Of a stretch of 52,904 nucleotides of DNA, positions 26,155 through 36,733 are shown one piece after another. The notes beneath the pieces were generated by a model. It saw nothing but the letters and a program-made list of their open reading frames with translations, was not told where the DNA came from and made no database searches. The stretch lies in the IMG/VR virus record IMGVR_UViG_3300014838_000028, positions 1 through 52,904 of that record, one strand, 5' to 3'. Numbering within the stretch: the stretch's first letter is position 1; every line of letters starts with the position of its first letter. Position numbers and translations under genes: made by a program. This DNA is from a virus. Its lineage: Duplodnaviria; Caudoviricetes.

Positions 26155-27186
26155 ATGTCCGCGAGCGGTATCTATTCTACATTTGGGCTAAAGAAAGAGG
26201 CTACGTTTGGTACTTTCGCAGCTCCTGATTATTGGCTGACCTACAATAGCTCGACTCTGGCCAACAAGAAAACTGCTTTGCAGGGCGCTGCTTTGCATGG
26301 TGGTATTTACAACCTGGCGAACCGCAGGTCAATTGGTAAGTGGACTGCCGACGGTGCTGTAGACCTCGACATTTATGACCGAGGCATGAGTCCTCTTTTC
26401 ACCGCTATGCTCGGTGCAAGTACATCTGCTCTAAAGTCCGGTGGAACTACAACCGTCTATCAACAGGTTTTTACACCCGCCGACACGACCGCTCAAAGTT
26501 ACTCATTGCAACTCGGTGTCCCTACTGCGGTAAACAGTATTCAGGCTTTCAGCTATCCTGGTTCTAAGGTTACTGACTGGACTTTCGATGTCAAGGCTGG
26601 CGATCTGGCAGCATTCGATGTCTCTTTTGACTCTGTGAAAGAAGACACAACGCAGTCTTATACATCTCCGAGCTATGTCTTGGGCGATATATTCGTCGCT
26701 GCACAAGCTCAGCTTTTGATCGGTGGCACCGCTTCTACTACGGCCGGTCTGACTACCATCTCAGGTGGCACTGCTGTCCCTCTGACAAAAAGCGTTTCTG
26801 TCAAGGGCAAGAACGTCATTGATGACGGTCGTTATGTCCTCGGTTCGCTTTATAAGCAAGAGCAGCTAATCAACGGGTTCCGTACTGTGTCGGCTGATGT
26901 TGAGCTTGACTTTGCCGGTCTTACTCAATGTTACAATGCTTTCCTTGCTGATACTCCGGTATGCTTCCAGTTGGTTTTCACTGGTGTCACAATTGACACT
27001 CCCAACAGCCTAAAGGCAACGGTGACTCTCATCGGTTCGGCGTGTTTCTTCGATGCTGACACGATGCCTGTTCCTGGTCCGACTATCATCTCTGAGAAGG
27101 CGACATTGAACTTCTTGGATGACGGTACTAACAACCCGGTCCAGATTGTCACAAACACACTCGACAACGCCATTCTCGGCGTCTAA
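26155..27186 (+). CDS. Major tail tube protein
   Basis: GLKKE.TFGT..AP, SYSLQ.G, Y.G.KV pattern; upstream of chaperone and TMP. Confidence 0.88.
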   Translation: MSASGIYSTFGLKKEATFGTFAAPDYWLTYNSSTLANKKTALQGAALHGGIYNLANRRSIGKWTADGAVDLDIYDRGMSPLFTAMLGASTSALKSGGTTTVYQQVFTPADTTAQSYSLQLGVPTAVNSIQAFSYPGSKVTDWTFDVKAGDLAAFDVSFDSVKEDTTQSYTSPSYVLGDIFVAAQAQLLIGGTASTTAGLTTISGGTAVPLTKSVSVKGKNVIDDGRYVLGSLYKQEQLINGFRTVSADVELDFAGLTQCYNAFLADTPVCFQLVFTGVTIDTPNSLKATVTLIGSACFFDADTMPVPGPTIISEKATLNFLDDGTNNPVQIVTNTLDNAILGV

Positions 27187-27202
27187 CTAAGGAGGTAATC
27201 TC

Positions 27203-27553
27203 TTGGCGACTTTGAAAATTGCAGATAAAGAAGTAGTTCTTCAGGCTGGCAATATGTCGGTATCTGACGGCATTCTGATCGAGGATGAATACGGCAAGAC
27301 TTTCGATGAGTGGCTGAAGGATATCCAAGGCATGAAGATACGAGCAGCCGCAGTTGGCTTGCTTGTGTTGATCCACAGGGTAGATAAGTCTATTACTCTG
27401 GACGACATTCTGGCTCTTGATCTAGCTGAGCTATTCACATCTGTCAATGCTGCTATGAGCCAACCTGCTCTCGAAGGTGAGCTCCCACCGGAACCTCAGC
27501 CGCACGGTAAGAAGGAAATCCACCCTACCGAGGCGGAATCAGAGCCGCAATAA
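27203..27553 (+). CDS. Tail assembly chaperone (G)
   Basis: SD GGAGG; follows the tube gene; ends ...HPTEAESEPQ. Confidence 0.8.
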   Translation: MATLKIADKEVVLQAGNMSVSDGILIEDEYGKTFDEWLKDIQGMKIRAAAVGLLVLIHRVDKSITLDDILALDLAELFTSVNAAMSQPALEGELPPEPQPHGKKEIHPTEAESEPQ

Positions 27554-27687
27554 ACGAAGTTTACTTGGTCGCCGCACAAGAGTTTGGCATAACCCCGCCG
27601 GCGTGGTTTGATCCTAACTTTAGTATCAGCCACGCCTCGGGCGTTATTCTTTCTTGTCGGAAGTTTATGTCAGAAAGAGGAAAGTAA
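27511..27687 (+). CDS. Tail assembly chaperone frameshift extension (GT, -1 frame)
   Basis: -1 frame open 27511-27687 with no good start (...AAQEFGITPPAWF...), ending flush with the next gene. Confidence 0.65.
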   Translation, partial: EGNPPYRGGIRAAINEVYLVAAQEFGITPPAWFDPNFSISHASGVILSCRKFMSERGK

Positions 27688-28191
27688 GTGGCGATCAATG
27701 CAATCTTCAATGTAGATACAGCATCAATGAAGGCTTATTCCGCTATGCTCACTAAAGCGAAGGCGCCTCAGATGGAGGCTTTTCGCAGTACGATAACTAA
27801 CGAGGGTGGACAATTGATTGGTGGTCGAGCTGCTGAGCTTGCCTCGTGGTCTAAGAAAATTCCGAGGACAATTCGGTGGAGAACACAATCTGCTAGTCTT
27901 TACAAGGTTACATTAGTTGTGTCTGCCGGGTACAAAGGTGTCCCCATAGCGAAATGGTACGAGCTTGGGCACACGCAAGATCACTCCGGTTGGTGGCACC
28001 CGGCGTGGCCTCATGGCAAACGCAAAAGTTGGAAATGGGTACCGCAAGCTAAGGGTGAATATCATCGTCCGTACCTATATCCTGCATTACAAGAAATGAC
28101 ACCGAAAGTCAATCAGGTATGTCTCAAGGCTCTGGTAACAGCGCTGGTTACGTCTGTACCTTATATGCACTTGACTGTCACGTCAAGCTAA
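27688..28191 (+). CDS. HK97 gp10-like tail completion protein
   Basis: A.WYELGH...HP...RPYLYPAL motif. Confidence 0.7.
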   Translation: MAINAIFNVDTASMKAYSAMLTKAKAPQMEAFRSTITNEGGQLIGGRAAELASWSKKIPRTIRWRTQSASLYKVTLVVSAGYKGVPIAKWYELGHTQDHSGWWHPAWPHGKRKSWKWVPQAKGEYHRPYLYPALQEMTPKVNQVCLKALVTALVTSVPYMHLTVTSS

Positions 28192-28205
28192 GGTGGTGAA
28201 AGCAA

Positions 28206-31200
28206 ATGGCAGCAGCGGGGGTCGGGGAAGGTTCTAGTGTTTCAACATCCTACACAGGTGATCCGGCGCAGTGGAATACAGTACAAGATGATATGGTTAC
28301 CACTAACGACTCAACGACTCAATCTATTGAAGACGATTGGGATGATACAGCACAGGTCGTTACTGACGATATTGATGATATTACCACGGCGGCTGAGGGG
28401 CTAGACTCTACCCACGTTATAGATGTTTCGCTAGCCGACTCTACTCCCGACGGCGATGTAAAGACAGATATTGAGGCTATCAACACTGCAAAGACTAATT
28501 TGCAAGCTGACCCCGATATTGCTCTCACTGCTACGTTAGAGGATGCCTCCGGTGACGGTACTGTAGCAGACACTCTAACTAGCATTGACGCAAAGATGAA
28601 AGACCTTGCTGATAAGAAGGCTGCGCTAGAGGTTTCTCTAGCGCAGGGTGATCCAGATGGTACGGTACAAAAAGCTATTGATAATATTGATAGCAAGATG
28701 GATGACCTCAAAAAGAAGAAGGCTGCATTAGAAGTCAGTCTCAACGACACGTCTAAAGACGGCGATGTCCAGACAGAAATAGACGACATCGACAAGAAGA
28801 TGACTGACCTTGCAAAGAAGAAGGCTGCACTAGAAGTCTCTCTAACCGAGTCTGGAGATATGGATACATATGACTCCATAAATGCTGCACTCGATGATAT
28901 CGTCGCAAAGATGAAAGACCTTGCTGATAAGAAGGCTGCTCTAACAGTTACTCTGACTAACACTACAGATGAGGGAGATTCTGTATCACATAGCCTTGAT
29001 GCAGATGCAAAAGCCCTTGGAGACTTACAGACAGATGCCAAAGACCCGGTCGACATTACCGTTACTGCCTCAGATAATGGCACTATTGCTAAAGAAGAAA
29101 CGGCCATCCAAGATTTGCGCGACGATGCAGCCGTTCCAGTAATTGTCGATGTGCAGGGTAAAGGCACAGGTCTGACGACTGATGACACGGAAACAACTAC
29201 TCTAAATGTTGTTGACGACCCCGATGCAGAAAGAGTCATTACTGAATTCAAAGACGAGCTTGCCTCAGTGCCTGATGAGGAAACTACTGCATTAGACGCA
29301 GATGCTACTCAAGGTGATGAAGACATAACAACCTTCACAGGTAAAGTCAAAGATGTTGATGCTGTCACGGGGACAGCTAAATTAGATGCTGACCCAGCCG
29401 CTGGGGAAGCTGAGATAACTTCATTTGATGAAACAGTCGGCGCCGTCGATGCAGAGCATGTCGATGCTCACCTCGGTGCCACTTATGACCCTGCTACCGT
29501 TGCTGCTGTAATTGAAGCTCTCAAGCTTCAAATAAAAGAGGGTACGGCAGGTGATGACTTCAATGTCTCTCTGAATTGGACTGGTATTGCTGGTGGTAGT
29601 AAGCCTTCAAAGAGTCAAGACAAAGATTTACAGCAAGGTCTAGCTAGTGGGTTTGCATCCTTCCTTTCAAATGCAGGGTTGACTGACCTTGATTCTATGG
29701 TCGAGTCAGCACTGAAGGCAGATAAGATAGTTGTATTTGCAGCCGGCGGTGCATTAGTCACCGGGTTAGCAGGCATGATCGCAAGTGCAATGCCCGGCCT
29801 GGGCGGTGCCGTTTTTTCACTCGTGGGTGCAAACAACGTAATGAAAACAAAGCTCACTGCTGCATTTGGCAGGATTACTACACTGTTCAGCCAAGATGTA
29901 TCGTCTGCAATGGCTGGTCCGGGACCCGATGCGCTAACTTATACAAAAAAGACTGCTCCTACTAAGGCTGATATAGGTAAGGTTATACCTCTAGGCGGTG
30001 CTTTAGGTGCTCTGCTGACGAGCGTAGGCGTTATGGAAAATGATTTGGTCCAGCCCACTAAAGACTTCGGGGCCGGTATGACCATATGGTGTGCGGCTCT
30101 TGATAAAATCATCAGTTCAAAAGGGTTCAAAGACCTACTAAATCAGGTGTCAACTTTTTCTGAAAATTCGAGTGCTCAATGGGGTACGATAGTTGGTGAG
30201 TTCCTCCAAGGTATTGGTCAAATGCTCGTTGCCATGGAGCCTTTGGAAACTACAGTGCTGGGCATCTTTTCTTCGATGGCAGCTTCTTTCTCAGGTAACA
30301 AGGCTAAAGGTGCAGAGGATAAGTTCTTCAATGAATTGAACAACTTCCTTACAAAAGACGCACCTGATCTCAAGAGTATGTTTGACTCGATTGGCACACT
30401 TGCTACTACTCTGATAACCGTAATCACTGCGGCAGGCCCTGGAATTGCTGACATCACTACTGCCGGTGCAGCAGGTCTGAATACGATTCTAACAGGTCTA
30501 GGCAGTTTGCTGAATGTCCTAAATAGTCTAGGATCAGGTGGGAAAGTTGCCTCCGGTGCTGTGGTTATCGGACTTCTCGCCACCTATAAGAAGGTTTTTA
30601 CAACAGCGTTACCTGCACTTTTCAAGGCTATATTTGGGGTAACATTAGCTCCTAAAAAGGGAAAACCGACTCCCGGCGGTATTCCTGATGATTCTACTAA
30701 CCCTAACATTTCTAATTCTACTGTTACCACTGCTGCAGAACAAATACAGTCGGGTGGCGAAAGTGTACAAAAGGGCGGCGCTGACATTCTCACTGCCTCT
30801 GAAAATATGACAAACTCCGCCGATGTAGAGGATACTGCTGGTGAGACACAGGTAGCCGCATCAGAGACAGAAGAGGCTGCCTCTATTCAAGAAGAAGAGG
30901 CTGCACTTGTAAATGAAGCAGGTGGTGGCAGTAGTAAGATAGCAGGTCTTTTGAAAACTGCTCTTACGGGTGTAATAGGAGCCGGGGGGCTAAGTGCAGG
31001 TGCTCTTGCAGGTGTAGCAGGGATAGCTGGACTAACTGGACTAATCGCTGGAGGTGCTTATCTTAGTGAGGCAGTATTTCCAGACACTTATCCTAATGCT
31101 AACCAGCCTCTTACTTCTCCGTCGTCAGGCCCAAAGTCTAAAGATTACCAGGCAACTGAGACTAACACTTTCAACACAGCTATGCAGGATATAGCTGCAG

Positions 31201-31946
31201 GTGTGAAGCTGCCTAAGGGTCTAATGGATGATACCCTAAATGGGTATTTCACTAATGCTCAGGATATGATTCTCACAGGCTTTGAGAAGGCACCTGCTGG
31301 TACTCAAACTCTTGCAGCCGGATTCTGGTTTGTAAAGCTTGGTCCTTCATTGAAAGCAATGGGTAATGTGAACGGGACTCTTTACACTGACGGTATGGCT
31401 GCCGGTATGGCAGATGCCAAGAAACAAGCAGCTATGTATACCGCACTAAAGACACAAGCTGATAACCTTGTAAAGAACCATAAGATATACCTCGGTGAGA
31501 AGTCACCGTCTAAACTGTCCACGGCAATCGGTGTGGATTATCTACTCGGGTTCAATAAAGGCATAGGTGATGCTCCAACACAAAAGACGGTAACCGGGAC
31601 ATTGACCACATTTTTGGACAAGTTGATAACAACGGGAGACACTTACACTCCTAAGTTTACAACGCTTGGTAGTGATTGGTCGACCGCTCTAGGTAAAGGA
31701 ATCACAGCCGATCAATCTTTGGTTGTTACAGCAGCCACTAACCTGGCTAATGCAGCCGTAGCGGCTGTGCAGGCTGTGTTTGCAAAAGCAAACTCGACAA
31801 CGAACATTACCAATAGTGTGAATATACCGATCACCACAGGCACAGGAGTTATCCCTAATAATGTTGTCACTCAAATTCAGGGCGTGGTTTATGAAACTCT
31901 AAATAATGTCGCTCAAGCCAGTGCGTCTACTCTCAGACAGACCTAA
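28206..31946 (+). CDS. Tape measure protein
   Basis: 1246 aa, Ala/Gly-rich helical body, SPSK..G motif near the C-terminus, position after the chaperones. Confidence 0.9.
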   Translation: MAAAGVGEGSSVSTSYTGDPAQWNTVQDDMVTTNDSTTQSIEDDWDDTAQVVTDDIDDITTAAEGLDSTHVIDVSLADSTPDGDVKTDIEAINTAKTNLQADPDIALTATLEDASGDGTVADTLTSIDAKMKDLADKKAALEVSLAQGDPDGTVQKAIDNIDSKMDDLKKKKAALEVSLNDTSKDGDVQTEIDDIDKKMTDLAKKKAALEVSLTESGDMDTYDSINAALDDIVAKMKDLADKKAALTVTLTNTTDEGDSVSHSLDADAKALGDLQTDAKDPVDITVTASDNGTIAKEETAIQDLRDDAAVPVIVDVQGKGTGLTTDDTETTTLNVVDDPDAERVITEFKDELASVPDEETTALDADATQGDEDITTFTGKVKDVDAVTGTAKLDADPAAGEAEITSFDETVGAVDAEHVDAHLGATYDPATVAAVIEALKLQIKEGTAGDDFNVSLNWTGIAGGSKPSKSQDKDLQQGLASGFASFLSNAGLTDLDSMVESALKADKIVVFAAGGALVTGLAGMIASAMPGLGGAVFSLVGANNVMKTKLTAAFGRITTLFSQDVSSAMAGPGPDALTYTKKTAPTKADIGKVIPLGGALGALLTSVGVMENDLVQPTKDFGAGMTIWCAALDKIISSKGFKDLLNQVSTFSENSSAQWGTIVGEFLQGIGQMLVAMEPLETTVLGIFSSMAASFSGNKAKGAEDKFFNELNNFLTKDAPDLKSMFDSIGTLATTLITVITAAGPGIADITTAGAAGLNTILTGLGSLLNVLNSLGSGGKVASGAVVIGLLATYKKVFTTALPALFKAIFGVTLAPKKGKPTPGGIPDDSTNPNISNSTVTTAAEQIQSGGESVQKGGADILTASENMTNSADVEDTAGETQVAASETEEAASIQEEEAALVNEAGGGSSKIAGLLKTALTGVIGAGGLSAGALAGVAGIAGLTGLIAGGAYLSEAVFPDTYPNANQPLTSPSSGPKSKDYQATETNTFNTAMQDIAAGVKLPKGLMDDTLNGYFTNAQDMILTGFEKAPAGTQTLAAGFWFVKLGPSLKAMGNVNGTLYTDGMAAGMADAKKQAAMYTALKTQADNLVKNHKIYLGEKSPSKLSTAIGVDYLLGFNKGIGDAPTQKTVTGTLTTFLDKLITTGDTYTPKFTTLGSDWSTALGKGITADQSLVVTAATNLANAAVAAVQAVFAKANSTTNITNSVNIPITTGTGVIPNNVVTQIQGVVYETLNNVAQASASTLRQT

Positions 31947-31958
31947 AGGAGCATGTAA

Positions 31959-32267
31959 ATGGAATATTTGTGCCCTAGAGACGGCTCGACTTTGCATGTC
32001 CCTGATGCTGTTATTTGGGACTGGCAAACAGCCTCTCTTTTGTGTGATGTTTGCTCAACCGGTTTTTGGTTATCAGAGCTGCAAGGAGACTCTTTGAAGC
32101 TCTATGATGCAAAGAACCGAACGTTTCGTGGCCCAGTGTGGGTTGCAGTACAGCAAGAACTTGTTGCACATAGGCTTCGGGGACATGGTGTTAGTTCTAA
32201 AGTACAAGCACTTTTGTCTCCGAGGCAGTTGGAGTTACATAGGAAAAGGAATGGGGATGCGATATGA
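31959..32267 (+). CDS. Zinc-ribbon hypothetical protein
   Basis: SD AAGGAG; CPRD...CDVC. Confidence 0.6.
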   Translation: MEYLCPRDGSTLHVPDAVIWDWQTASLLCDVCSTGFWLSELQGDSLKLYDAKNRTFRGPVWVAVQQELVAHRLRGHGVSSKVQALLSPRQLELHRKRNGDAI

Positions 32268-35200
32268 GCCAGAAATGGACTGCTGACAGTAATTCAACTA
32301 TTGCACTTCGCATGGTACCAAGCCATTCCTCGTGCCATCTCTCTGATGGCACGCTCGTCTTTATAGACTTCGACGGGACTAACTACTATCTCAAGTGGTG
32401 GGGCCACACTGGAAGCCCGACGACCATCTTCAGCTTTAGCAATACAGCAATGTCTGCATCGTTTAGTATTTGTCGAGATTCATCCAATAACATTTATGTT
32501 GGCGGTGGTGACTTAAGTGTCACTCCTTACTCTCTTCTATTTGCCTTTCCTTATACAGGAAGCCATACCTGGAATACCGGTATAACTGGTTGCTATGTCT
32601 CATTCAGTAATGGTTGGGTCAGCCATTTCGCTGGTAACCCAGCGATAGGTTGTAACGCTCTTATGTGGGTAAATGATGGCGGGGGTGTAGGAGGCGCTGG
32701 GCATATTCTGTGGGTTGGTCAATCTTACAATGCCGGTGCAACAACTCTCGCCGCCATTGCTTTAGTGTTTGATGCCGGTGCGGCTCTAGTTGGGACGACT
32801 ACGGTTACTACTAACACATCCTTTTCCGTTACAACTAATTCTTCAGGCTGGGGGATTTGTGATGCTTGTGCCAGTTTTGGGATTGGGTCAACTTCAGGAG
32901 TATGGGGCAATGGAGACACAAACTCCGGTGGTGTCGTCTTTGGAACATGGTCGATCAATTCTTCTGGCATCCTTACGGCAACATATGTAAGTACAATTCC
33001 CGCTTCTCTCGGAATGATTTTCTGTGTGTCTCAATCTCCAGGTAACTACACATTTATTACTCGTGTTTCATCCTCTGGCTATTACGGTGCCACCTGTGTA
33101 ACGGCAACTACTAAAAGTTCTACCGTTAGCTCTGGTGCAGTTGCTAACATGCCTCAAAACATGGGCGTGGGTTATTACGCTTTTGCTTGTAATATGTTCC
33201 TCGACCCTCTCACAGCTAATCAAGTATGGGTTATAGCACCGGGGACACTAAGTGGAACATCTATTCCGATTTATCGGCTTAGTGTTGCTACCGGTTCCGG
33301 CACTCCGGTTTGGAGTGCGACTGCTGTTCTCGACGACACCTTTACAGGAGTTTACGCTCAGCCGTACATAGATATTTCAGTTGTTCGTGAGCCTATAGGT
33401 ACGGTGGTTGATTATGCCTGCGATATTGAAAGCGCTTCAGGCACATATTCTCTGTTTGGAGATTATGCAGCTTTTGCTTTAGCACCGAGCCCACCGACGT
33501 TGTCGACACCTATAAATAGTCAGACGCTCGATGTCAGTGTCAACGGTGTGACTGTTGGTGGCTACTATAACTCGACTGACATGCAAAACATGAATGCCTA
33601 TGCTCTACAAATCAAGACATCCAGTGGCGCTTGGCAATATTACAATGCTAGTGGTGGATCATTGCAAAGCACGATTGTTTGGAATACACTCGGGACTCAG
33701 ATAGTCCCCGGTGGTTTCTTCCAAGTATCTCTAAGCCACACACTTGTTTCTGATGGTAACGTTTATAACTGGTCATTCGCTTCTCAAGAAGCTGCTCAAA
33801 ACCTTCAAGGTTCATTCGCTACTCCGTTTACTTTCACGGCAATGACACCGCCTACGGTATCGGTGACTTCTCCGACCGGTCTAGTCGCTCACGGTCAGCC
33901 TACAGTTATTTGGACAGAGTCATTACCGTCTGGTTCCATACAGACAGGTTATGAGGCCGTTATTTGCACGGCCGTTGGGGCCGGCGCTCCCGGTGGGACG
34001 ATTATTTGGGACTCTGGAGTTATAAACAGTACAGCTTTATCAGCCACACCGGCACCTATTTCTGCATCTGGCACATACTATGCGTATGTGCAAGTAACTG
34101 AGACAGGTGGCGAGACAAGTGCTTGGGCATATTCAGCCTTTACATTCTCTGCTGATTCACCAGGCTTGCCGACTTATACGGTTGTGCAAGGCGTCGACGG
34201 CAACGGTGTTCCCTGCTTTATACATACATTGCAAGGCCATGACAATATCATGGACAAAGCAAGCTCTTCTCTAGAAACAGGGCTCGGTAACTGGCAATGT
34301 GCTCTAAATAACACGGTAGGGTTCGGTGGCCCAGTAAATGGATTTGACTCTAGTGCGAATGCATCGCACATAGTTACTGAGGCCGGCGTCGTCGTTGGCT
34401 ATTCAGCCGGTATTGGACTCCAGCCTTGTCTTGGAAACTTGGGTGTTTCTGGTGCAGATTCAAGTAGTTATGGGATGAACCTCGTTCTCACGGGGGCACC
34501 TCCGACTTCGATTGCATCGAAAGTCAGCACTGCATTCTTCCAAGCTGCACAGCTTTCTGCTTCTGCTTATACCATAGCTGGACCGGCAGGTGCCGGGTGG
34601 ACAAACGGAGCTATTACATCCATAGCTTCATTTACAGCAGAGTGTACTTATACACCTTCTGCTGCCGACGTTGGTTCTGGTGCAAGCCCATGGATAATTG
34701 GCCGTGCGGGTGAATGGGGCTTTGAGTTTTCAGGTTCAGGAAACGTCAATGTTTACGTCTGGAATTCAGTCGGTACAGCGGTTCAGGTCGGTTCCCTTGG
34801 GACGCTTGTTGCAGGTACTACTTACAGAATAGCTTTGTGTCAGTATTCAACTACTTGGTATGTCTTCTTGAATGGTGTACTGAAAAATACATACACGACA
34901 GCACTTACTGTGAAAACTCCTTCGGCAGGTACTTCTTTTTATATTGGGGTTGTTGGGAGCACCGGTCTTTCAGGTGTAATAGATGAAGTTCGTATTTCTG
35001 ATGTATGCCGGTATACGAGTGGTTATACACCGGCAACGACTCCATTTGTAAATGATGTAAACACTGGTTGCTTGTATCACCTCGACTTCGCTGCTCCAGC
35101 AGCTAACTTTGGCGAGACAATGTACCAGTCAACCACAAATGCTAGTGGCCCTGTTGGCCCTGTTGGGAACGGTGCAGGGCAAGGTGCTATTTTAGGAACT

Positions 35201-36730
35201 GCCTGGTCGGTTGAAGTTCAAATTTCGGGGACCGGTGCCGGTGTAATCGTTCAGCGTACTGGTAACTCCAGCTACGGAATTCAGTGGTCATTGCAAATGA
35301 ATAATGGAATCCTTGTTCTCTATTTTTGCAATAGTGCTGGCACACTCATTACTGTTGATGGTAACTATGTACCATCTCAAGTGTCTGTGGTACAAGCGTC
35401 TTGGGATGGCTCCAATATTAGGTTGTTTGTCAATGGGATTCTACAAGGTACTACAGCTTGCACGAGTGTATGGCCTGCAACAGGCGGAGGCTATAACCTT
35501 CAGATGGATGGAGTCAATAATGGAGTATTCACAATAGATGAACTTCGTATCTCAAATATAGCTCGTAATGTTGCCAACTATATTCCACAGACAACCGAGT
35601 ATGTTGTAGATGTCTATACGTGTGTCCTCTATCACTTCGACGGTGGTATAATGCAAAGCAGTTACTCGTCAGTTGATGGTTCATATAGTCTGTATATAAT
35701 CAGTGGTCCTAATGGAGCTTATGCCATTTGGCAGTCATATGCTTCACAGGTTATTGCGCCTAGCTCTGCATACACAATCCAGGCAGAGTTTCTTTCACCC
35801 GGAGCGAGCCCATCACAGGTAACGGTAAATTGGCTTACAAGTAGTGGAGCAGTTATTTCCTCAGCATATTCAACCTGTACCGGTACGTCTGGATGGGTGC
35901 TATGCACTTTCAACGCTTCGTCACCGAGTACCGCTTATGGCGTCTCAATTGCAATAGAGGGGGCTTCGGGAGCATCCATCAACCAAATACTTGATGTCAT
36001 TGGCATTTCACCTGGGACTAGTCAACCTTGGACTCTCGGCGGTTTTGCTGGTAGTGAGGTAGTAGCCATACAGCGTTCGGATGGACTTTATGTTCGAGGC
36101 GCCGGTTACATAACTTCTCTTCCTGCTGGTCCTGACTGGGTATCAACCGTAACCTCAGGGAACTGCTTGCCTCTTAGTAGTCCAGGACAGATTGCTGTTT
36201 TGAACGACTACGAGTCAGTGCCTGGGACAGCCTATACATTTTCGGCACAGTTGATGGGAACAGGTGCGTTGTATACATCCCTCGTCTCGGCAGGTCCAAT
36301 TACATTGGGGCTTTCAAATTCCTCCTGGTGGGCCATCGACCCAACGAATCCTGCGGCCTCTATGATTATTCAGGTCACAGGTCAAACCACTTCACAGTAC
36401 AAATTGACCGGTGCCAATTACCAATTATCAGATAGTCCGGCTCCGGTGATGCCAAACGTCACTTCTCTAGGGACATTTGGTCAGTCTGGAACACTAACGA
36501 TACAGACTGGGTCACCAGTGGAGTTTACTAATTTGAAGGCCATGCTTACAAACCCTGATGTCAAATTCCTAGTAAATCCATTCAGTGAGGGGTTGTATTC
36601 AACATTAGCTGTTGCAGACCCGACAGGTGGCACATCGGGATCGGTTCATGCTTCTACATTCAAGGGTGGATCGGCCGCTGCGCCGTATCGAGAGTCAACA
36701 GTCAGTTACGTCCAAGTAGGAAGGCCCTAG
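32264..36730 (+). CDS. Minor tail or receptor-binding protein with two LamG/ConA-like domains
   Basis: IDEVRIS..RY...LYHLD and IDELRIS..RN...LYHFD; FN3/Ig-like PP...SP segments; Ser/Thr/Gly-rich. Confidence 0.85.
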   Translation: MSQKWTADSNSTIALRMVPSHSSCHLSDGTLVFIDFDGTNYYLKWWGHTGSPTTIFSFSNTAMSASFSICRDSSNNIYVGGGDLSVTPYSLLFAFPYTGSHTWNTGITGCYVSFSNGWVSHFAGNPAIGCNALMWVNDGGGVGGAGHILWVGQSYNAGATTLAAIALVFDAGAALVGTTTVTTNTSFSVTTNSSGWGICDACASFGIGSTSGVWGNGDTNSGGVVFGTWSINSSGILTATYVSTIPASLGMIFCVSQSPGNYTFITRVSSSGYYGATCVTATTKSSTVSSGAVANMPQNMGVGYYAFACNMFLDPLTANQVWVIAPGTLSGTSIPIYRLSVATGSGTPVWSATAVLDDTFTGVYAQPYIDISVVREPIGTVVDYACDIESASGTYSLFGDYAAFALAPSPPTLSTPINSQTLDVSVNGVTVGGYYNSTDMQNMNAYALQIKTSSGAWQYYNASGGSLQSTIVWNTLGTQIVPGGFFQVSLSHTLVSDGNVYNWSFASQEAAQNLQGSFATPFTFTAMTPPTVSVTSPTGLVAHGQPTVIWTESLPSGSIQTGYEAVICTAVGAGAPGGTIIWDSGVINSTALSATPAPISASGTYYAYVQVTETGGETSAWAYSAFTFSADSPGLPTYTVVQGVDGNGVPCFIHTLQGHDNIMDKASSSLETGLGNWQCALNNTVGFGGPVNGFDSSANASHIVTEAGVVVGYSAGIGLQPCLGNLGVSGADSSSYGMNLVLTGAPPTSIASKVSTAFFQAAQLSASAYTIAGPAGAGWTNGAITSIASFTAECTYTPSAADVGSGASPWIIGRAGEWGFEFSGSGNVNVYVWNSVGTAVQVGSLGTLVAGTTYRIALCQYSTTWYVFLNGVLKNTYTTALTVKTPSAGTSFYIGVVGSTGLSGVIDEVRISDVCRYTSGYTPATTPFVNDVNTGCLYHLDFAAPAANFGETMYQSTTNASGPVGPVGNGAGQGAILGTAWSVEVQISGTGAGVIVQRTGNSSYGIQWSLQMNNGILVLYFCNSAGTLITVDGNYVPSQVSVVQASWDGSNIRLFVNGILQGTTACTSVWPATGGGYNLQMDGVNNGVFTIDELRISNIARNVANYIPQTTEYVVDVYTCVLYHFDGGIMQSSYSSVDGSYSLYIISGPNGAYAIWQSYASQVIAPSSAYTIQAEFLSPGASPSQVTVNWLTSSGAVISSAYSTCTGTSGWVLCTFNASSPSTAYGVSIAIEGASGASINQILDVIGISPGTSQPWTLGGFAGSEVVAIQRSDGLYVRGAGYITSLPAGPDWVSTVTSGNCLPLSSPGQIAVLNDYESVPGTAYTFSAQLMGTGALYTSLVSAGPITLGLSNSSWWAIDPTNPAASMIIQVTGQTTSQYKLTGANYQLSDSPAPVMPNVTSLGTFGQSGTLTIQTGSPVEFTNLKAMLTNPDVKFLVNPFSEGLYSTLAVADPTGGTSGSVHASTFKGGSAAAPYRESTVSYVQVGRP

Positions 36731-36733
36731 ATT

